In this document: positions 1-8,240 of the stretch, one piece after another
How positions within the stretch are numbered: the first letter of the stretch is position 1
How the letters are laid out: each line of letters begins with the position of its first letter
IMG/VR virus record: IMGVR_UViG_3300029342_000002
Source: a virus
Length of the DNA stretch: 64,000 bases
Direction: 5' to 3' (one strand)
The notes under the pieces: generated by a model
Told to the model about the DNA's origin: nothing
What the model saw: the letters and a program-made list of their open reading frames with translations, nothing else
Databases searched by the model: none
Made by a program: the position numbers and the translations under genes

Positions 1-14
1 CAATTATAGAGAAT

Positions 15-566
15 ATGAATACTAAGAACATTATCCTTGCATCGGCTTTGCTGGTGTTTGCCATCATCATCGGTACGTTGGTGGCGGGTTATTTCAGTTA
101 CAACAACCGCGAGATTTCGCTTCGTCAGCAGGCAGAGGCTCAGCGCGGCAAGATTGAGGGCGTGCATGACAAGATGTGGAAGATCATCCAGCAGAAGGCT
201 CAGGTGACTGACGAGTACAAGGGGACTTTCGAGAAGATTTATCCGCAGCTCATTGCCGGTCGTTACCAGAACGACAAGGGTACGATGATGAAATGGATAA
301 AGGAGAGCAACCCTAACTTCGACGTGTCGCTATATCGTGACCTCATGCAGTCGATAGAGATACAGCGCTCGGAGTTTCAGACCGCCCAGGAGCGTATGCT
401 TGACATCATCCGTGAACATGAAACGCTTACTCGTACTTATCCTGCGCGTTGGTTCGTGTCGAACACGATGCCGATAGAGTATAAGGTGATTTCGTCGTCG
501 CGCTCGAAGGAGGTGATGATTGAGGGCGAGGACAACGACGTGGATTTGTTCGGCAATAAGAAGTAG
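15..566 (+). CDS. LemA-like membrane protein
   Basis: 183-aa ORF. One N-terminal TM helix is followed by a helical domain whose pattern (YRDLMQSIEIQRSEF..ERMLDIIREHE..TYPARWF) resembles the LemA family. Call is from memory and needs an HMM search. Confidence 0.5.
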   Translation: MNTKNIILASALLVFAIIIGTLVAGYFSYNNREISLRQQAEAQRGKIEGVHDKMWKIIQQKAQVTDEYKGTFEKIYPQLIAGRYQNDKGTMMKWIKESNPNFDVSLYRDLMQSIEIQRSEFQTAQERMLDIIREHETLTRTYPARWFVSNTMPIEYKVISSSRSKEVMIEGEDNDVDLFGNKK

Positions 567-570
567 GCTT

Positions 571-1668
571 ATGGAGGTCCTTGTCTTTCTCCTTCCTTTC
601 TTCGTGTCGGCTTTCCTGCTGATATTCTTCCGTGAGCAGACGACGTGGTGGGAGCACGCTGTGCTTATCGTCCCGTCGCTGCTTGTGGGCGTAGGTCTGC
701 TGTGGACGTTCAAGCGTGCCGAGTCGAGTGATACGGAGTATCTTGGCAGTTATGTCACGAAGATACGCTATTATGAGCCGTGGAACGAGCGTGTCGCACA
801 CACCCGTACCTATACAGACTCAAAGGGCAACACTCATACCGAGACCTACTACGTGACAGAGGAGCATTCTGAGAAATGGGCTTATTCCGACCATTCCGGA
901 CGTGAGCGTGACTGCTCAAGTGACGTCTTCTCTGCTATGAAAGAGCGTTTGGCTGCTTCTCCTGTCTTCGTGGACATGCACCGTGACTATGACACCCGCG
1001 ACGGCGACGCTTACGACTATCCTTGGGACGGTCGTGACGTTACACTCTATCCTGTGACCCGTGAGCACGAATACGAGAACAAGGTGAAGGCTTCGCGCTC
1101 GGTGTTCAAGTTTGAGGATATCAGCAAGGAGGATGCTCGCCGTATCGGGCTGTATGACTATCCTGAGATATGGCTGCGCGACCAATGCCCTATACTCGGG
1201 ACCAAGTTTTCCGCCCGTCAGGAGCGTGCCGTCCGTGTGCTCAATGCGCGATACGGACCTCAGAAACAGTTTCGTCTGTATCTGCTGTTCTTTCGTGACA
1301 AGCCGATATCCATTGTGGAGAAGCAGCGCTCGTACTGGCAGGGTGGCAACAAGAACGAGCTTGTGGTGTGCGTGGGGCTTGACAGGAACAACCGCGTGAC
1401 ATGGAGCGACGCTTTCTCCTGGTGTGACTCGCCGGTGCTTGCCGTGAAGAGCCGTGACTGGTTTATGAGCAATCGTCTTGACCTCTGCGCCTTTGTCTCC
1501 TATATAGAGCCTATCGTGCAGAAGGAATGGAAGCGCAAGGACTTCTCTGACTTCAAGTATGTGTCGGTGGAGTTGAGTGACGGGCAGTACTGGATCATCG
1601 TCTTCCTCATGCTCCTGCTGAATGTGGGACTGAGCGTGTGGATTGTAGGTAACAACTATAGGAATTAG
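571..1668 (+). CDS. membrane protein with TM helices at both termini and a large central domain
   Basis: ATG at M18 of ORF 520..1668, 4 nt after the LemA-like stop. Hydrophobic N-terminus (FLLPFFVSAFLLIFF, LIVPSLLVGVGLLW) and C-terminus (WIIVFLMLLLNVGLSVWIV). Confidence 0.6.
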   Translation: MEVLVFLLPFFVSAFLLIFFREQTTWWEHAVLIVPSLLVGVGLLWTFKRAESSDTEYLGSYVTKIRYYEPWNERVAHTRTYTDSKGNTHTETYYVTEEHSEKWAYSDHSGRERDCSSDVFSAMKERLAASPVFVDMHRDYDTRDGDAYDYPWDGRDVTLYPVTREHEYENKVKASRSVFKFEDISKEDARRIGLYDYPEIWLRDQCPILGTKFSARQERAVRVLNARYGPQKQFRLYLLFFRDKPISIVEKQRSYWQGGNKNELVVCVGLDRNNRVTWSDAFSWCDSPVLAVKSRDWFMSNRLDLCAFVSYIEPIVQKEWKRKDFSDFKYVSVELSDGQYWIIVFLMLLLNVGLSVWIVGNNYRN

Positions 1669-1672
1669 CGTT

Positions 1673-1900
1673 ATGAGTAAAGGGAAGTATCGTAACAAGG
1701 CTCCGTTTCCCACATTCCGTCCTGACCCTCGCCATTGGACTCGCAAGGGCAGTTCTTGGAAGCAGAAGGTTGGGTATGATACGGAGGATGATGCTTGGGA
1801 GTTTCTGAATCAGAATCCGAAGCTGAAGGCACTTGGCTGGCATCCTTACTTGTGTGGGGTTTGCTCTATGTATCATATAGGTAGGTTACATAATAAATAG
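1673..1900 (+). CDS. hypothetical small protein
   Basis: 75-aa ORF starting 4 nt after the previous stop, on the same strand as the rest of the block. Confidence 0.45.
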   Translation: MSKGKYRNKAPFPTFRPDPRHWTRKGSSWKQKVGYDTEDDAWEFLNQNPKLKALGWHPYLCGVCSMYHIGRLHNK

Positions 1901-1907
1901 TTGAGAT

Positions 1908-2300
1908 ATGAAGAAGAAAGGATATTACGAATACGGAAACGAAATATACCCTTTGAGACTTTGGGTACACGTCGGTGAGGACTTGGAAGAACTGATAGAT
2001 TCCTGCTTTGACGGGTGCAATGCTCCTGATAGGGATTACTGCGGCATTACGTATGACGAAGTTTTCAGAAAGAGCGACAACAGAAGAGGCGTTCTTGTTT
2101 CGTTTCATTGCCGGAAGGATATGTCGATGAAATACTGCTGCCACGAGGCTTCTCACGTCTGCGATGCCATCGAGGATGCCATTGGCATGAAGCACGGTGA
2201 CGAGCCTTCCGCTTACCTAATGGGCTGGATTGCGTCTTGCATCAACAAGGCTCGTTTGGGTATTGGGGATTTCGTTGAGCTAAAAGATAAGGAGGAATAG
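1908..2300 (+). CDS. small HExxH-motif protein (possible Zn-metallopeptidase-like)
   Basis: 130-aa ORF containing CCHEASHVCDAIEDAIG (HExxH). No further family support. Confidence 0.5.
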   Translation: MKKKGYYEYGNEIYPLRLWVHVGEDLEELIDSCFDGCNAPDRDYCGITYDEVFRKSDNRRGVLVSFHCRKDMSMKYCCHEASHVCDAIEDAIGMKHGDEPSAYLMGWIASCINKARLGIGDFVELKDKEE

Positions 2301-2303
2301 CTT

Positions 2304-2675
2304 ATGAATTATGAAGAAACTAACATAGGAACTATGTTTATTGCACCTGCGTCATATTTTATCGAAGAACTCGAAGAGCAAGAAAAGGAAATTTTCAAAA
2401 ACAGAGTCTTTCAATATGATAATCTGGTTTGCGGAATTGTCGACAAGATTGACTCTAAGCGCGGTTATGTTTGGGCGACGTTCAAAGTTCCAGACAACAA
2501 CTACGTCGATCCAGGAATAACCATAGCAATAGACTTCAAGGCTAATTGGTGCAGGTTTTGTGTCGTTAAAGGCGGAAAGAGGTTCAGTTTCTATCAGTTT
2601 CTCTGTCTCAAAGAGCAGGATATTATAGACATAATTAAAAAAGAACAGAGATATGGCAAGAAAAAAGGACTATAG
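2304..2675 (+). CDS. hypothetical protein
   Basis: 123-aa ORF starting 3 nt after the previous stop. Confidence 0.55.
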   Translation: MNYEETNIGTMFIAPASYFIEELEEQEKEIFKNRVFQYDNLVCGIVDKIDSKRGYVWATFKVPDNNYVDPGITIAIDFKANWCRFCVVKGGKRFSFYQFLCLKEQDIIDIIKKEQRYGKKKGL

Positions 2676-2910
2676 CAAGGAGCGTATGGCTCTTTATGAC
2701 AAGTTCGTGGATGTGTTTAACGAGACGGACGGGGCGATGCCTGGCGACGAGATATTGTCGGCTATTGCGGACTTCGCGGGTGTTACTGTGGCGTATGTGT
2801 CACGGGCGGTGGGGCTTGACCAGGATAGGGTGCTGTTCGCTTTTTTTGACCTGTTGGTAGGGGCTGCACAGAAGGCGAAAGAGGAATGCGGAGAGGAGAA
2901 GGGAAGCTGA
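2653..2910 (+). CDS. hypothetical protein
   Basis: 85-aa ORF that overlaps the previous gene's end. Confidence 0.5.
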   Translation: MARKKDYSKERMALYDKFVDVFNETDGAMPGDEILSAIADFAGVTVAYVSRAVGLDQDRVLFAFFDLLVGAAQKAKEECGEEKGS

Positions 2911-3056
2911 TGAAGTGCAGGGACTGTGTTATGTTTCGGGAGGAGGACGCTGACAGTCCTCCTGCCTGTTGGAGAGGCGAGAAGGAGGAATTTGCGAGAG
3001 GTGATGATGAGGCTTGCGACCGCTACCGACCGCTGAAAATCGCTTACAAAAGCTGA
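2910..3056 (+). CDS. small Cys-rich protein (48 aa)
   Basis: ATGA stop/start overlap with the upstream ORF. Translates as MKCRDCVMFREEDADSPPACWRGEKEEFARGDDEACDRYRPLKIAYKS. Below the ORF-track length cutoff. Confidence 0.3.
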   Translation: MKCRDCVMFREEDADSPPACWRGEKEEFARGDDEACDRYRPLKIAYKS

Positions 3057-3081
3057 AAATCGCTTACAAAAGCTTACAAAA
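3032..3081 (+). repeat. tandem direct repeat, 2.5 x 20 bp (GCTGAAAATCGCTTACAAAA)
   Basis: Read directly from the sequence. Lies about 50 bp upstream of the resolvase gene. Confidence 0.8.
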
Positions 3082-3131
3082 AAAGGAATAAGATAACTAT
3101 AAAAATAAATATTACGGAAGGAGACTGTATT

Positions 3132-3587
3132 ATGGAGAAGAGATATATAGGGATTGACCCTGGGAAGCATGGTGGCATTGCAGTGCTTTCGGCAGACGGG
3201 TCGGTTGTAGAGGTGGCGAAGATACCGGGGACGGCTCGTGACTTGCTGGACTTTCTTCGTCGTTATAAGGACGATAGTGTCTGCGTGTTAGAGAGGGTCG
3301 GCGGTGTGCCGGGTAACGGCGCTCATGCGATGTTTAACTTCGGCAAGGGTTTCGGTCATCTTCAGATGGCGCTTCTGGCGTTGGAGATTCCTACTGAGGA
3401 CGTTACCCCTAACAAGTGGGAGAAGACGTTCCAGATGGGCAGCTCGGGGAAGTTCACGAAGAGAGAATGGAAGAATCTGCTGAAGGCTAAGGCTCAGCAG
3501 CTGTTTCCGAAGCTCGGCAGAAAGGTGACGCTTGACACGTGCGATGCGCTGCTGATAGCGGAGTATGGCAGGAGGTTAGGGCTGTGA
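3132..3587 (+). CDS. RuvC-like Holliday junction resolvase
   Basis: N-terminal YIGIDPGKHGGIAVL and C-terminal DTCDALLIAEYG match the catalytic acidic motifs of phage RuvC-like resolvases. Confidence 0.8.
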   Translation: MEKRYIGIDPGKHGGIAVLSADGSVVEVAKIPGTARDLLDFLRRYKDDSVCVLERVGGVPGNGAHAMFNFGKGFGHLQMALLALEIPTEDVTPNKWEKTFQMGSSGKFTKREWKNLLKAKAQQLFPKLGRKVTLDTCDALLIAEYGRRLGL

Positions 3588-3640
3588 GGGCTGCTTGGTG
3601 ATGATTAATTATTGTTAAATGTTATAAAAGGATTATTGTT

Positions 3641-4138
3641 ATGATTGATTTTGGTAAGAAGGTTTATTCGGGTAATTTCCTGATTATGAAGAAGGTTAAG
3701 ACTTTGAGTAAGAAGGAGATGGCTCGGCTCCGTGAAATGAACGGGACGAATAAGGAGATGTGTAAGAAGTTGAGCCGTTCGGGGCTTCCCTATATCCGCG
3801 TGGAGACTATCGGCGGCGACTGGGCTGTGGAGTTTATGCTTGGCACTACTGCCTATGACGCCATCGAGGCGCTTGACGTGAAGAAGGACTGGCGTGGAGA
3901 CTGGAGAGTGACCGGCGTTGACGGCGAGAACTCGAAGTTAGTGTTTACGAGCATGTATATGGACACCTCTGTGGTGGGTGACGAGCAGTATCAGGCAGAC
4001 AAGTGCAAGGCTCTGACGGAGTATCTGAAGCGTGCCGGAGAGAAAGCCGTGGGCAAGATGGAGGAAACTTACGGGCCTTTGGACGTACTTGGCAACAATG
4101 ACGAGCCGGGAAAGGAGGTCAGCGATGGCAAAGAGTAG
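3641..4138 (+). CDS. hypothetical protein
   Basis: 165-aa ORF within the replication block. Confidence 0.6.
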   Translation: MIDFGKKVYSGNFLIMKKVKTLSKKEMARLREMNGTNKEMCKKLSRSGLPYIRVETIGGDWAVEFMLGTTAYDAIEALDVKKDWRGDWRVTGVDGENSKLVFTSMYMDTSVVGDEQYQADKCKALTEYLKRAGEKAVGKMEETYGPLDVLGNNDEPGKEVSDGKE

Positions 4139-5681
4139 CGGCGAGTATATCGACATGCTGTTCTCGCAGCTTCTCACGATGAGCATGGACGACAAGTATG
4201 AGTTTCAGGCTCTTCGTGGCGACTGGGGCAATACGAACAGCGCTAAGTATAACGACATGTTGGCTCGTTTCTGCCGTAACATACGCGAGCTGGCAAAGAA
4301 CTGTCCTGTGAAGTATTTTGCCTTTGCGTTCTATATGTTCGATGGCAGGATATACGAGGTGGTGGACGTGAGCGTCATCGAACAGGCGTATCAGCTGCTT
4401 TTGGAGAAGCTCTGTGTGGCGCCGGTGATGAACCGTACGAGCCTTCGCAAGGAGATATTCATCGCGACGATAAAGAACTATAACACTCTTGTGCCTCAGT
4501 TTGACATCGTGGCGTTCAGAAACGGCGTTGTGGACTTCACCTTATCCCGCAAGACGAAGCCCGAGGCGATGCCGTTCTCTCCGCATTATCACGTGACATA
4601 CTATCATCCGTACGACTTTGACCCTAAGGCGAAGTGCCCGCTGTGGAACCGCTTCCTTATGGACGTGCTTCCAGACAAGGACTCGCGTGACATCCTCCAG
4701 ATGTTCCTCGGTCTTGGTCTTGTCCAGCGCGGTGACGCCTTTAACGTGTATGACGGCAAGGTGGTGAACAAGATAGAGCTGTGTCTGATGATGATCGGTT
4801 CGGGCGCTAACGGCAAGAGCGTCATCTTCGAGGTGATGTGTGCGCTGTTCGGTCCTGACCGCATATCGAAGATGGACTATGCCGACCTGACCGCCGACGG
4901 TGACGAGGGCATGCGCGGTCGCTATCCTATCCGTAACGCCATCTTCAACTGGTCGAGCGATTCTGACGTTCGCAAGTTCGGCAAGAAGAACACGGGTATG
5001 TTCAAGCGCCTTGTTAGCGGCGAGCCTATTACTTACAGAAAGTTAGGCGAGGACGTGTTTGAGTCGCGCTCTGTGCCTTACCTTATCTTCAGTCTTAACA
5101 GCGAGCCAGAGAGCAACGACACGTCTCTTGGTATGATACGCCGCTTGCAGTATGTGAACTTCGAGGTGACCGTGCCTAAGGAGAAGCAGGACCCTGAATT
5201 GGCTTCGAAGATTATCAACAAGGAGCTTTCCGGTGTATTCAACTGGCTGCTTGAGGGTGAGAGGAAGCTCAGAGAGCGTCACTTCAGATTCCCTGAGGCA
5301 GAGGGTTCGAAGAAGCATCGTATCATGGCTTATCTGAAGAGCCAGCCAGTGCTTTCCTGGCTGATGGCTTACGACATCAAACACCAGCGCCGTGTGTCGA
5401 ACGAGATTGGTCTGAGGATTCCTGTGTCGTTGCTCTATGAGAGCTTCGTGCAGTTCTGTAACGACAATAACCTCGACGACAATGATATTCCTTCGAGCAA
5501 CAAGTTCAGTAGGGTGTTGTGGGACGACTGCCACTTTGTGAAGAAGAAGACCCCGAAGTGTATTGCTTATGAGGTGTATGGCGTGACAGAGGCTGACCTT
5601 AGACAGCACTTCATCATATCCGAGATGACAGGAAAGGACTATGGTGAGGAAGTAGGGTTTATCAAGGAGGATGTGAAATGA
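4125..5681 (+). CDS. D5/P4-family primase-helicase (SF3 NTPase)
   Basis: Start taken at M32 (MAKSSGEY). Walker A motif IGSGANGKSV. Size and layout are typical of phage/plasmid primase P4-family C-terminal domain proteins. Confidence 0.8.
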   Translation: MAKSSGEYIDMLFSQLLTMSMDDKYEFQALRGDWGNTNSAKYNDMLARFCRNIRELAKNCPVKYFAFAFYMFDGRIYEVVDVSVIEQAYQLLLEKLCVAPVMNRTSLRKEIFIATIKNYNTLVPQFDIVAFRNGVVDFTLSRKTKPEAMPFSPHYHVTYYHPYDFDPKAKCPLWNRFLMDVLPDKDSRDILQMFLGLGLVQRGDAFNVYDGKVVNKIELCLMMIGSGANGKSVIFEVMCALFGPDRISKMDYADLTADGDEGMRGRYPIRNAIFNWSSDSDVRKFGKKNTGMFKRLVSGEPITYRKLGEDVFESRSVPYLIFSLNSEPESNDTSLGMIRRLQYVNFEVTVPKEKQDPELASKIINKELSGVFNWLLEGERKLRERHFRFPEAEGSKKHRIMAYLKSQPVLSWLMAYDIKHQRRVSNEIGLRIPVSLLYESFVQFCNDNNLDDNDIPSSNKFSRVLWDDCHFVKKKTPKCIAYEVYGVTEADLRQHFIISEMTGKDYGEEVGFIKEDVK

Positions 5682-5702
5682 TAAGATAAACATTAAGAAG
5701 AA

Positions 5703-6161
5703 ATGGAAGAGAAGGAGAAGATAGAGCAGCCGTCTTTGGATATTCAGAAGATTTTGGATGATGTGATGGCTGCTGAGAGCACAGATGTGGTGTTTCTCGG
5801 TAAGAAGAGGAAGATAGGGTGGCTTAGCAATGGCACGGTGCGACGGTTTACGCATGTGGTGATGAAGGAGAAGAACGAGGCGAAGCGCAACTGCAAGCTT
5901 TGTGCCTTGGTGCTGCTTAACAACATCTGGAAGATACGTCTGCGCTATGCGCTGCTTTGGCGCTGGCTGTACTATGTGAAGGATGTGAATGCGGTGGAGA
6001 TACTTCGTGTGGTGGATGTGGCGAAAAAAAAAATTCCATCGACTGCGTGCTCTCTGCTTACCATATTAGCGACCGGGATGACGGACGTGATGATGGCGAT
6101 GACAAAGGAGGAAGTAAAAGCTATCCAAGCCGAACAAGCTGGGGCGCAGCCTACTCGTTAG
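5703..6161 (+). CDS. hypothetical protein containing an A10 tract
   Basis: 152-aa ORF with a run of 10 A at 6024-6033. Confidence 0.6.
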   Translation: MEEKEKIEQPSLDIQKILDDVMAAESTDVVFLGKKRKIGWLSNGTVRRFTHVVMKEKNEAKRNCKLCALVLLNNIWKIRLRYALLWRWLYYVKDVNAVEILRVVDVAKKKIPSTACSLLTILATGMTDVMMAMTKEEVKAIQAEQAGAQPTR

Positions 6162-6436
6162 CCGAGAAGTTCGGCTTCCTCTTTGAGCGTAAGTTCGGTA
6201 TAAGGGCTTACGACTACTGGTGGGGCTATACGGCGGCTCAGATTGGGCTGATGGTGGCCGACCAGCCTCTTGTGGTGTACCCGAAGGGTGAAGCCAAGAA
6301 CGCCGACGGCAGCAAGAAGCATACGGCGGAAGAGATGGACAAGCTTTGGGATGACTGGCAGAGGAAGAAGCAGAAAGAGGGTAGCTTAGTGGGAAAGAAG
6401 GTGAACCTCGGTGAGTATTTGAAGGGAGGTTTGTGA
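6031..6436 (+). CDS. -1 frame ORF downstream of the A10 tract (possible frameshift extension of 5703..6161)
   Basis: The frame of ORF 5957..6436 stays open from the A-tract. It has a protein-like C-terminal part (SLAEKFGFLFERKFGIRAYDYWWGY..) but no start codon between about 6100 and 6249. Confidence 0.3.
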
Positions 6437-6468
6437 TATTTATTGTTAACTTTTATTAAGGATGTAAT

Positions 6469-6705
6469 ATGATTGAGAAGTTTGTTGAGATTGTGGAGGA
6501 CAAGGCGGCTCTTGAACTTGGGCTGCGTGTGATAATGGAGGTGGCAGAGACTAAGAATCTGCCGCCTGTGGGGGTACTTCCCACGTTTAATGACGAGCTT
6601 ATTGCTGATATGTTTAACAAGACGCTTGAGCTTGTGGCGGGGAAGAAGTTTCCTGAGGACGTGGACAACTCGGGAGGAATCGGGTTCTTTGCAGAGAAGG
6701 ACTAA
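6469..6705 (+). CDS. hypothetical protein
   Basis: 78-aa ORF, the last gene of the + strand block. Confidence 0.55.
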   Translation: MIEKFVEIVEDKAALELGLRVIMEVAETKNLPPVGVLPTFNDELIADMFNKTLELVAGKKFPEDVDNSGGIGFFAEKD

Positions 6706-6718
6706 GGGCAAAAGAAAA

Positions 6719-6749
6719 GCGGCTACCATCACAGGTAGTCGCTTTTTTG
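6719..6749 (+). terminator. rho-independent terminator
   Basis: GCGGCTACC-ATCACA-GGTAGTCGC stem (one G:T pair) followed by TTTTTT. Confidence 0.6.
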
Positions 6750-6852
6750 TCAAAACAACATGTAAATAATCACTTATACGAAACATCCATTGCAAAAATA
6801 CGATATTATTTTATTATTACCTTGAGTGGCAGCTTGCATTAACACTGGTTAA

Positions 6853-7380
6853 CTATTTCTTTTTCTTTTGCGCTGTTGCCATTCCGTTTTGGAAGATGAG
6901 GCATTCCTCGCAGCGGTTGGGGTATTGGACCGGTAGGTGGAAATGGACGGTGTTGGACTCGGTGTCTATCTCGTCCTGCTTGATCTTGTTGTAGTCTGCG
7001 ATAAGGGAGACTATCTTCAGCCAGTCGGGTGAGCCTTTCGTGGCTTTCTGCTCTGCTGCTACGAGCTTTCGCAGGATGGACTCCTTGGAGGTTTCCTTGG
7101 TAAGCTCCTCGGCTGTTATTTCCTCGGTCTTTGGGGCGTTTCTGCCTTGCAGTTCAGCGATGCGTGTCTGTACTGAGTCGAGGGCTTCGAGCTTCGCTAT
7201 TTCTTTTTGGAGTTCTGCTTTCGGCCAGGTAAGTCCTTTGCCGTTGAAGGCTACCGCCCAAGCATCGTGCTGCGACCATCCTACTGCCCGCAGGTCGGCG
7301 TAGATGAGGTAAGCTGGGTCTGACATGCCGTACTTCTTCTTGAGAGAGTGGACGGCTACTGAGAGTGTGTAATCTGACAT
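6853..7380 (-). CDS. hypothetical protein at the end of the packaging block (small terminase only as speculation)
   Basis: 175-aa ORF, 13 nt downstream of the head morphogenesis gene. No recognisable motif. Confidence 0.6.
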   Translation of the reverse strand: MSDYTLSVAVHSLKKKYGMSDPAYLIYADLRAVGWSQHDAWAVAFNGKGLTWPKAELQKEIAKLEALDSVQTRIAELQGRNAPKTEEITAEELTKETSKESILRKLVAAEQKATKGSPDWLKIVSLIADYNKIKQDEIDTESNTVHFHLPVQYPNRCEECLIFQNGMATAQKKKK

Positions 7381-7393
7381 AGTGTATGGCTAT

Positions 7394-8143
7394 TTAATCT
7401 TCGTTGTAAATGAATTTTATGAAGCACACGCAGTTGGTGTGGAACGGGGGGAAGGGGTCGCCGAAGTGGTGGACGTAGGCGGTTTCATCATCACAAACTG
7501 CGCAGGGATATGAACTGCCTCTATGGACTGTGAAGCCTATGGCTCCTGACTCCTTTCCGTACTGCTGTTCGGCTATTCCCCATGCTACGGCTACCATCTG
7601 GCGGGCGTTCCTTGTTATGTTCTGGAAGGCTGAATGGAAGATGCCTTTGCCGTAGGACGGTGTGGCTATGCTGATGTCCTTTGTCCTTGCCTTCGTGATG
7701 ACAGAGGCGAGGTAGGGATTCTTGTAGCCGGTGCGGACGGATGAGAGGAGCTGCGTGTCGGTGTAGCCCATCATTATGCCTGCCTTGGACATTCTTACGA
7801 TGTCTTCGGCGAAGTTACGGAGGTATATGGCAGTTCGCTGTGCCGATGTCTTGCCGTAATATTCCGACGTTAGGAAGCTCTCTACTCCTTCTGAGGAGAC
7901 GTTGAGGTGTGTGGCGGCGGCTACGGCGTAGTCATGGATCTGGCGTTCGATGCCATCCGCGAGCCTTGAGGCGATGGTCTGGGCTTCGCGGAGAAGCGCC
8001 TGCTCGTTGGAGAGGACGTTTCCGCGACGGTACTTTCCTGCCGCCTGCGTGATTTGCTCGGCGGCAGAGAAGAGGAGCTTTGTGATGCGTGACTCGCAGG
8101 CGAGCTGCGCCTTGGAGCGAAGTGTGGCGTATTCTGCTGACAT
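7394..8143 (-). CDS. head morphogenesis protein, SPP1 gp7 / Mu F-like
   Basis: C-terminal CAVCDDET...FPPFHTNCVCF matches the conserved HPNCRC-type end of this family. Lies next to the portal gene. Confidence 0.8.
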   Translation of the reverse strand: MSAEYATLRSKAQLACESRITKLLFSAAEQITQAAGKYRRGNVLSNEQALLREAQTIASRLADGIERQIHDYAVAAATHLNVSSEGVESFLTSEYYGKTSAQRTAIYLRNFAEDIVRMSKAGIMMGYTDTQLLSSVRTGYKNPYLASVITKARTKDISIATPSYGKGIFHSAFQNITRNARQMVAVAWGIAEQQYGKESGAIGFTVHRGSSYPCAVCDDETAYVHHFGDPFPPFHTNCVCFIKFIYNED

Positions 8144-8160
8144 AGTGTGGAATTTTTGTG

Positions 8161-8240
8161 ATAGGCAGCTCTAGCGGCTATAGGCGGGGCTAGAGGCTGG
8201 CGCCGTTATTGAGCCTTGCTAAGCCTTACTGAGCCTCCTT
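8161..8240 (+). repeat. dispersed intergenic repeat, copy A (full length)
   Basis: Sequence ATAGGCAGCTCTAGCGGCTATAGGCGGGGCTAGAGGCTGGCGCCGTTATTGAGCCTTGCTAAGCCTTACTGAGCC. Homologous copies lie at 15282, 16355, 17149, 43158 and 51901. Confidence 0.85.

Noticed and set aside
4032-4124. N-terminal extension of the primase-helicase ORF (MPERKPWARW...).
   Set aside because: The extension overlaps the well-formed end of gene 3641..4138 and is Arg/Trp-rich. The ATG at 4125 gives a conventional short overlap.
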